From assembly GCF_001194135.2 (NCBI RefSeq), contig NC_068981.1, positions 3,498,227 to 3,538,690 on the forward strand: DNA of 40,464 nucleotides, written 5' to 3'. Below the pieces are notes generated by a model, which saw only the letters and a program-made list of their open reading frames with translations, did no database searches and was not told the DNA's origin. The DNA comes from Octopus bimaculoides. Taxonomy: Eukaryota. This document shows, one piece after another, positions 32,156 through 40,464 of the stretch (position 1 is its first letter; every line of letters starts with the position of its first letter). Position numbers and translations under genes: made by a program.

Positions 32156-32275
32156 ACTTTATACTATGATACAACTGGCAGTGCTAACAACTATATAAAG
32201 ACATACCTACACTGTTACACTACGCCATACCCACAGCGAACCAGGGTGTGCCATATGGCCCTCATCTTGCTAGAG

Positions 32276-32350
32276 TTATAACAGGTCTGTGGATTATAAC
32301 AGGCCTGTGGATTATAACAGGCCTGTGGATTATAACAGGTCTGTGGATTA
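32276..32350. repeat. 18-bp minisatellite, 4 copies (TTATAACAGGYCTGTGGA)
   Basis: Directly visible. Confidence 0.95.
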
Positions 32351-34039
32351 CTGGGTTGCTCTTAGTCATTCGTATGATTAGTCGTGTAACAAAGGATTAG
32401 TCAATCACAGCTGACCAGGGATTAGTCAATCCTACCACCACCAACAACCATGACTAATATAAAGCTTCCTCTATAGACAATGTCATGAAATACAACGAAT
32501 GTTTCCAAATGACCTAGTAACACACACACACACACACAAGTTTCAGTTTCTGTCAACCAAACCCACCCACTAGACCTTGGTTGGCCCAGGGCTATAGTAG
32601 AAGACACATGTTCTTGTTCAAGGTGCCAAAGAGTCATGTCTGTGCTTATATATACAGAGTCTCTGAGTGGTTGGCGTTAGGAAGGGCATCCAGCTGTAGA
32701 AACTCTGCCAAATTAGATTGGAGCCTGGTGTTGCCATCCGGTTTCACCAGTCCTCGGTCAAATCGTCCAACCCATGCTAGCATGGAAAGCGGACGTTAAA
32801 CGATGATGATGATGATGATGAGTCTGCCAAAAAAATGTATACACACTTCAGTTAAATAAAAACATGTAGAAATATCTCAACATGAAATTTATTCAGACAT
32901 CTGTAATTGAGAAGACCCGACAAGTAAAGTGAGATCACAACCATAGCCTACAGCAGTGTCGCATAAGCAGCCCATTTGAAAAGTACTTTTGAATCGTTGG
33001 GCGACACGCAGTGCTTGAGGAGACCTATTGAGTCAAATAAAATCAAAAATCAAATCACATTCAAAAATGGAAATTGTTGTTGTGGCCGATGCCAGTGCTG
33101 CCTGACTGGCTCTTGTGCTGGTGGCATGCAATAAGCACCATTCATGCATGGGTCGTTACCAGTGCCACCTGACTGGCTCCCCATGCCGGTGGCACATAAA
33201 AAGCACCATCCAAATGTGGTCGATGCCATGCCCTTTGGAAAGAAATTGAAACTGCATATGCAGCAATCCCATTGGGCACTTTGACCAATGTTGCCCAAGC
33301 AGCAGCTTACCATTCTAGTAAGTGACTGGAAGCTGAAGGCCACCACTTTGAGCATCTTTTGTAATTGTAGAGGTTAAATGTAACTTGCATTAATCTCATG
33401 ATGTCTGAATGAATATCAAAATATTTCTAGACGTTTTTCTTTTCTCGAAGTATGTAGACTTTTGCAGATGTTAAACGACAATGATAACAATGATGATGAT
33501 GACAGTCACACTTGTGCCTATATGGTAACAAAGCGGTCAACAAGTGTTTTTTTCTGAAGGTGACATGGTGTAAAGTTTATTTGCCGACAGAACATGGCGG
33601 TCCTACAAAGGACAACATTGTAAATGGCGTAAATAATGTCACAACTAACTTTGAGAAGAATTCGAGGCTCACCATTTTTTTTATTTATCTTTTTATTAAT
33701 TCTTTCCCATTTGAAAGGCACCTGCAAAGTCTCCTTCACACCCTGACTTAATTGAAAAGTTTCTATTTTTATCCACTTTTACAATTAAAAGAATGCTTAA
33801 TGAGTAATTAACTGCAATTAATGGTACACAAATCTGAAGACTTAAGTTTTCAGTGATAAAGCACTAATTAATAATAAACCAAGACAGGCTGCAACTCAGA
33901 CTTATTACAGCTTCATTAATTAACAATATCCTTTCACTTGTTTCAATTATTAGAGTGTGGCCATGCTGGAGTACTGCTTTTAAGAGTTAGTTGAAGAAAT
34001 CAACCCCAGTACTTACAGTAAACATTGATTATCTATTCT

Positions 34040-34593
34040 GATTGTGTTCGTTTATTCATACCCTCAAGCTTGATAACATCCTGTTGAATGATCACATGAT
34101 GTATAACTGGATCGTATGGATTGAAGTCCGTGCAAAGATTTGTGTCCAGTGATGGGAAGGGCACACGATCCTTCACTGCACAACTTGACTTGTCCACGAC
34201 TGGTCCAGTAGCAAGGAGGAGAGCCAGGATGACTGGAGACTGCCGCAAGCTGCTGCATCCATGGTATGCCGTGGGGTGCCTTCACAGCCAACCCACTTGG
34301 CTTTGTCCAGTTGGAGATGTTAGCAACACAAAAGAAATATCAGATTTGCTGCCAAATGTCAGACAAATGGAGAACAGGTGAGTGACTAAGGCAGCTGCCA
34401 GTAGCTGGAACAGATGCTGTTCTAGATTTGATGAAGGAAGAGGAAGGTAAGGCAGGGCTTGTTTGACATGCTAACCCACAACCAGGATCCCAACAGGTGC
34501 TACTATTCCGAGCCCGAGTTCACCTGGGAACAACAGTGGTTAAGAGGTGGTTCCACAGTCTTCAAAACCCTGGAACTCCCGTACCAAGGTCCC
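34040..34593 (-). mobile_element. Probable 5' region of an RTE-type LINE (decayed)
   Basis: GC-rich unique block. The minus strand contains GGATGCAGCAGCTTGCGGCAGTCTCCAGTCATCC (MQQLAAVSSHP), which resembles RTE leader regions as I recall them. No endonuclease or RT motif is visible. Confidence 0.35.
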
Positions 34594-34801
34594 ATCACCA
34601 CTTGACAACCAGTGTTGGTTTCTTTACATCCCTGTAACTTTGCAGTTTGGCAAAGGGGGACTAATAACATAAGTACCAGGCTTTAAAAAATATAAGTATT
34701 GGGGCTGATTCGTTCAACTTAGCCCTTCGAGGGGTGGTGCCCCTGCATGGCTGGAGTCCAAAGACTGAACCAAGCAAAAGAAAACAATGTGTGTGCATGC
34801 A

Positions 34802-34851
<50 letters not shown>

Positions 34852-35628
34852 NNNNNNNNNNNNNNNNNNNNNNNNNNNNNNNNNNNNNNNNNNNNNNNNN
34901 NNNNNNNNNNNNNNNNNNNNNNNNNNNNNNNNNNNNNNNNNNNNNNNNNNNNNNNNNNNNNNNNNNNNNNNNNNNNNNNNNNNNNNNNNNNNNNNNNNNN
35001 NNNNNNNNNNNNNNNNNNNNNNNNNNNNNNNNNNNNNNNNNNNNNNNNNNNNNNNNNNNNNNNNNNNNNNNNNNNNNNNNNNNNNNNNNNNNNNNNNNNN
35101 NNNNNNNNNNNNNNNNNNNNNNNNNNNNNNNNNNNNNNNNNNNNNNNNNNNNNNNNNNNNNNNNNNNNNNNNNNNNNNNNNNNNNNNNNNNNNNNNNNNN
35201 NNNNNNNNNNNNNNNNNNNNNNNNNNNNNNNNNNNNNNNNNNNNNNNNNNNNNNNNNNNNNNNNNNNNNNNNNNNNNNNNNNNNNNNNNNNNNNNNNNNN
35301 NNNNNNNNNNNNNNNNNNNNNNNNNNNNNNNNNNNNNNNNNNNNNNNNNNNNNNNNNNNNNNNNNNNNNNNNNNNNNNNNNNNNNNNNNNNNNNNNNNNN
35401 NNNNNNNNNNNNNNNNNNNNNNNNNNNNNNNNNNNNNNNNNNNNNNNNNNNNNNNNNNNNNNNNNNNNNNNNNNNNNNNNNNNNNNNNNNNNNNNNNNNN
35501 NNNNNNNNNNNNNNNNNNNNNNNNNNNNNNNNNNNNNNNNNNNNNNNNNNNNNNNNNNNNNNNNNNNNNNNNNNNNNNNNNNNNNNNNNNNNNNNNNNNN
35601 NNNNNNNNNNNNNNNNNNNNNNNNNNNN
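34852..35628. other. Assembly gap (N run) flanked by (TA)n
   Basis: N bases. Confidence 1.
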
Positions 35629-35673
<45 letters not shown>

Positions 35674-35997
35674 GACCTTGAGAAAAAACCCCTCACACCT
35701 AGGTCGTTTGAGCGCTTGCCAGCATACCCAGATGGAAACAGGTTCTTAGCCCTTTTCAGGGCCACAGCAGTGTTAGAAACCAGAGAAACCAATCCCACCT
35801 AAGGCGTATTAAAACGGACAGCAGGTGGACATCCCAGAGTCATGACTCAGATGTAGCCTGACGCCACCCCCTAGAGTGCCAGGAGTTAAGGGCCGAAACA
35901 CATGTGCCTAAAGGGGGTCTCTCCTCTGAGGACCACTTGCTGGTACACTCTCCCCGAGTTTCTTTCCATATATATATATATATATATATATTAAATA

Positions 35998-36408
35998 CCA
36001 TATATGCTCAGCTATAAGTCACAGTTCTTTCTCTGAAATTTTCACCTAAATTTGGAGGGAGGGGTGCGACTTATAAGTGCATCGTATAAAAAACTTCAGA
36101 TATTTTCTAGGCACAAGCCACGCTTGAAGTTCTGACACTTGGAATAACTGAAAAGGATAAAATTTTACATTATAAACAATGGTTTCAAAAATGCACTGAC
36201 TTACCGGGATAACAGTTGTTGTCAGTCATCTTCTGAAAGCTCGGTTACCGAACAACAACTACGTCAGCACGATTCCTAATCGAACTTTGCTCTCCAGTAT
36301 CGTAAAAGTCGCTGAGACTTATAGCCAGGTAAATGATAAAATTGCCGATTCGAACCTTCTAAGTCGGGAGTGCGTCTTATAGACGAGGGCATTTTATAGT
36401 ATATACGG
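35998..36408 (+). mobile_element. Tc1/mariner Tc2-type MITE
   Basis: Left end TA|CCATATATGCTCAGCTATAAGTC; right end GTCTTATAGACGAG...AGTATATACGG|TG; subterminal TGCGACTTATA / TGCGTCTTATA repeats. These resemble Tc2-type termini (CCGTATATACTCG..TATAAG). Confidence 0.65.
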
Positions 36409-37079
36409 TGAATACAATGATTAATGGTCTGAAATCTGTTTTTGTCAAGAATAATAATATTTCATCTCAAATATTCAGACTTACAAGCTTTATTTTTTTA
36501 CCTTTTTCAGTCATTGGACTGTGGTCATGCTGGGACATCACCTTCAAGATTTGAACCCATCAAAACTTTGCCTTGACACTAGATGATGGTTGTAAACAAA
36601 CATCACTGTTATACAAGCGGTATTATTTGTTTCCAATCTTCCACGATTACCTTGATGGGGAACAGTCGAAAATTAGCGATTGAAAGGGCATCCGGTTGCA
36701 GGAAAAAAAATCTGCCTCAACAAATTCCGTCTGACTCATGCAAGCTAGGAAAAGTAGACGTTAAAACGATTACGATGATTTAGGATGAATATAATAGTGC
36801 TTTGTTTTTTCAGTACAAAGTATGTTTTGTTGTTTTTTATAAGAAATGTGAGGAGTAGCTAGTTGTTTCAACCTTGATAGATTAGTGGCCGTGGCAGTGG
36901 TTAGTGCAGAGAAGTATATTAAATTACTTAGAATATCTGCTCAAATACCACACGGATTTATTTTTAGTTTCTTATTTATTTATTTATTCAAATGAGATTT
37001 GCTTGGCTACCTTTGCCACAGTCTCACCCGTATGAAATAACCTAACCCTAACCACTAAAGCAGGAACAGGTCATGTTAC

Positions 37080-37218
37080 ATAATTTAGAAAGCCAGTTTC
37101 GTAAGGGACGAGAAACAGCCTGCTTGTAATGTCTAAGTCCCTTTCTTGGTCATTAAATATGTAAATGTGACAAAATGATTCAGACCGAGAAGCGAACTCG
37201 CATCCCTGACATTGACCT
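37080..37218 (-). CDS. Candidate coding exon (GQCQGCEFASRSESFCHIYIFNDQERDLDITSRLFLVPYETGFLNY)
   Basis: Open for 46 codons between a TAG acceptor (weak pyrimidine tract) and a GTAACA donor. Phase-compatible with the exon at 39429-39445. A competing plus-strand donor TTG|GTATGT lies at ~37260. Confidence 0.2.
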
Positions 37219-38181
37219 CTACACTACACGGCTCAATCACGAAAAATGATGACAGCTTGGTATGTATTGAATATCGATAGAATTTTTTATAGAAACATTT
37301 CGACCACAGTGCAGAAGTAATAATAATCAATACGACGGCATAGTGCTGTGTGGTGGCATGAAAGCGTTAACAGGTAAAGTTAGGAAACAGCCAGTGCAAC
37401 AGATCAGACAGCCATGTCGTTAGGTTGACAACATGTGACAAAACTTGTGTGATTATTCAACACAAACACTACATTCAACAAACTCGCCATAAAAGCAAAT
37501 AAAACTGACCCCCCCCCCCCNNNNNNNNNNNCCCAGCCACACGTTAAACTTCTTTCACCTAACATTGTTAAGGTTTATTTGCGTTAAGAGGAAAACGTGA
37601 GAAAAATCTTTATGGAAAAATTTAAATATTAAGATTGAAAAATTAAATTCTGTAATAATGAAAAACTATTTAACAGAAAAGAGACGAGATTGATGACGAT
37701 TCAGTTTTAAAAAAATGAAATTGTCAGGTTAAAAACATCTGTTATAACAGGTGTGACTAAGTCACCTGGACAGAAATATTCAAACAATGTTAATTAACTC
37801 ATACGTTGTGATAATTCTTGCCTTAATGAAAGGTGTTAATTAGTAAAAGAAAGAGTAATAATTGGTCTATATACTTTCGATCCTACAGTGTATATTACTT
37901 ATCAGGTAGTTCCATTTAATTTCTAGGCCTCGCTGTTTAAAACGATTCAAATAATTACAAATAAAGAAAACATTAATCAAATAACGTAAAATTTGAAATA
38001 TAATAATGTTGGTCACTAATTACAGATAATTAAAGAATATAAAAGGCTAAAAGCACTATTAAGGCATATCCTAATTTTAAAAAAAAATTATAATTTATTA
38101 GTAATTAAATAATGATAAAATATAAGCCAGATATTACTATTAAACAGAACAGTCACCTTGACCTTAAAAACACCGACTGAT

Positions 38182-38225
38182 AGTGTGTGGACTATCACAA
38201 AAGTGTGTGGACTATCACAAAAGTG
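38182..38225. repeat. 20-bp tandem duplication (AGTGTGTGGACTATCACAAA x2)
   Basis: Directly visible. Confidence 0.9.
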
Positions 38226-39428
38226 AGATATTCTTAAATCCAGTTATCAAAAGGAACAAAAATAGAATGAAAAAATATAAGTCGAGTGTCAACAGAAAAT
38301 CAGATTTATTTATTATGAAATCTACAAAAAAAAAGTAATTAAAAACTGCCAATAAGCATTAAAATATGATTTAAAAATTAGTGAATTGTTTTAAAAAATA
38401 AGTCAACGAAGAATTTCTTTTAAAAAATATAATATTAAGTGTTTTGAAGATATCACGCAAACACATCTTCAAACAATGTAAAATAAAAGAAAAACACAGC
38501 AGAGAATCCAGTTAAAAGAAAAGTTGATAGTAAATTAAATATGTTCCAAAATTCTATAAAAATGTCAAGGACGTGTGAAGGTCGCTATTTTGGTGTCAGC
38601 CGGGCGTAACATAATTCTACCAGCTGTAAAGTGACTCTGAGAGGGCCTGGGTTATAGAAGGGAATGTTCCACGTAGTCTATACTTGTCATGTGTAGATAT
38701 AGAGATATATTATAGAAATATGTAGATGTAGATATATATAAAGCATAACTTCCATCCGTTGATGTGACTAAGTGCATAGCAAGCATTCACATTAACATTC
38801 AGAATAATGCGAAAGGTTTACATCTTGTATTACCATTCCATTCAAGAAGTGAAAAAGGCACATAAGAACAACAATAATAATTTCCAGAGTGACCCCTAAC
38901 CTCATTATATATATATATATATATGTCAATATGACTAATTTCTGAATATTTTCATTTTAGAAGACCCCCACGGAAAATCGAATTTCTCGTTTCTCTTCCT
39001 CTGTTGTCAAAGAAAGTGCAGAGTAATATTTTTAAATGACTTTTGGAAAGAAATTAAGATGGGAAAATAAGTAAATATAACTTAATTTGACCTTAACCAG
39101 TCAGGTATTGAAACAGAAAAATAAATTTAAAGTACCTAGTTTCAGACGGAGTATTTAAATAGCTTTAATTATCTAGAAATATAAACAAGTTTGTTTCTTT
39201 CTTTCTTTCAAAACGAATAAATATTTGTAAGGTACAGTAAATAACCATCAAACATATTGCTAGTCTATTGCTCCTTAAAAAGCCCCAAAAACTTATATGT
39301 ATAAATATATTTATATATTTCCTTTCTTATTCTTATTTTCGAATATTAAAATTATTAGTGCTACATAGCAACATACACAAACACTCCAACAACGGCTTGG
39401 GAAATAGAGGCGAGTTTCGAGAGCATAC

Positions 39429-39445
39429 GTGGACGACTTAGCCAT
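39429..39445 (-). CDS. Candidate first coding exon portion (MAKSS-T); exon 39429-39485
   Basis: Acceptor CTCTTTTTGTTGTTGTTTTCGTTAG, start context AAAC-ATG-G, donor AC|GTATGC, in CpG-retaining sequence. An upstream donor GCA|GTAAGT at 39841/39840 could end a non-coding exon. Confidence 0.3.
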
Positions 39446-40464
39446 GTTTACCGCGGAGTGTGCGCCTTTTCTTGGCTCTGAATGACTAACGAAAACAACA
39501 ACAAAAAGAGTTTTAGAAATTCTGCTAACGTCTACATAAAGTTTGGGTGGGAAAAAAAAAACTCTGCAAAGTTACACAAGAAATTTAATTAGAAGTAAAC
39601 AAAGTTTGTATTTTCCTATCCTTTAAAAAGAAGTGGGGAAATGTATTGGAAGTGTTTATGGCATTGAAAATAAACGGAATGAGAGAAAGTAGTTTGTATG
39701 AAAAAAAAAAGATAAATAAAGAATAAGAGGATTTTTTCTTTTGGTTCCTTCAGCAAAGGAAGAGAAATAAATGGCATAGTTGTTACAGAATGAATAATTT
39801 CATTGAAGAATGTAAGAAAAAATAGAAAAATTAGACTTACTGCAATTTTTTTTTTTTTTCTTGGAAAAATGTGGACACAGAAATAGAGAAATAACTGGTC
39901 AGAGTTTTTAAAATAACAATCAAAATAACAAAAACAAAAATAAAATGGATTTTTTTTTTGTTGTGTTTTTGTTTTGGAGTAGAATCTGTTGTTGACAAAA
40001 TTCCGAGGTCGGCCGTGACCTTGTTATCGTGGAGAGACACGCGATGCTGTTAACGTTGTGTGTGTCTAGCCTCAACATATAATAAATAAAAATATACGAG
40101 CATATATGTGTGTGTGCATAATTATGTATGCGTGTGTTTGTGTGCGTATATATGTGTGTGTGTGTGTAAAGAGAAAGACGACGGTGGGCAAGGCAGAAAG
40201 AAATCTCTCCCAACCTTTTTTAAATGTTGTTTCTTGTTTTTTCTCTACATCTCATAGTCTAGTTTTAGTTACAAGAAACGAATATTAAACACAAATATAC
40301 GGATTATTTCTCTTTTTTAAAATCTTAGCAATTTTTCTGTTTGTTTTTACACTTTAGATTGGAGAAAATTAAATTTGATATACAACAGTTTCAAAACAAA
40401 CGAAGAAAGAAAGTGGAATACAGATTTTTCATCGAAAAGAGAAACTGAAGAAGTAGAAGTTAAA

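Noticed and set aside
33560-33710. Two-exon minus-strand model VPFKWERINKKINKKN-GPPCSVGK* with a ~70-nt intron
   Set aside because: The first acceptor is purine-rich, the product is unrecognisable, and several alternative frames fit equally well.
34440-34593. Possible HDV-like ribozyme at the 5' end of the RTE-like fragment
   Set aside because: Hairpins exist (GTTCCA/TGGAAC, CAGGTG/CACCTG), but I could not build P2, a 7-nt L3 and J4/2 in the required order.
34719-35802. ORFs of 315-359 aa, and similar ones at 23185-23859
   Set aside because: They consist of N gap positions.
40006-40021. AGGTCG-GCCG-TGACCT nuclear-receptor-like inverted repeat
   Set aside because: It has one imperfect half-site and a 4-nt spacer (not canonical IR3 or IR1), and a single motif is not enough evidence.

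Overview
AT-rich, repeat-dense eukaryotic window. It is most likely a coleoid cephalopod (Octopus-like), inferred from the SINE families recognised; there is no direct proof. It contains five assembly gaps. No host protein-coding gene can be identified with confidence, and almost all ORFs in the supplied track are microsatellite or SINE artefacts. Supported content: dozens of copies of 4-5 SINE families, TTAA-flanked piggyBac-type MITEs (including a triple tandem array), a Tc2-type MITE, two diverged R4/Dong-type non-LTR retrotransposon 3' ends attached to (TAA)n, a Penelope-like remnant, a probable RTE 5' fragment, and a 5'-truncated tRNA-Glu(TTC) fused to a SINE tail. Candidate host signals are an RFX X-box island and weak minus-strand exons near the right end. 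The most striking observation is a ~480-bp microsatellite-bounded segment (13290-13772) with two different type I hammerhead ribozyme motifs, both with intact catalytic cores, back-to-back on opposite strands. A third, degenerate minimal hammerhead lies about 1.8 kb downstream. All structures were folded by eye; nothing was computed or searched.
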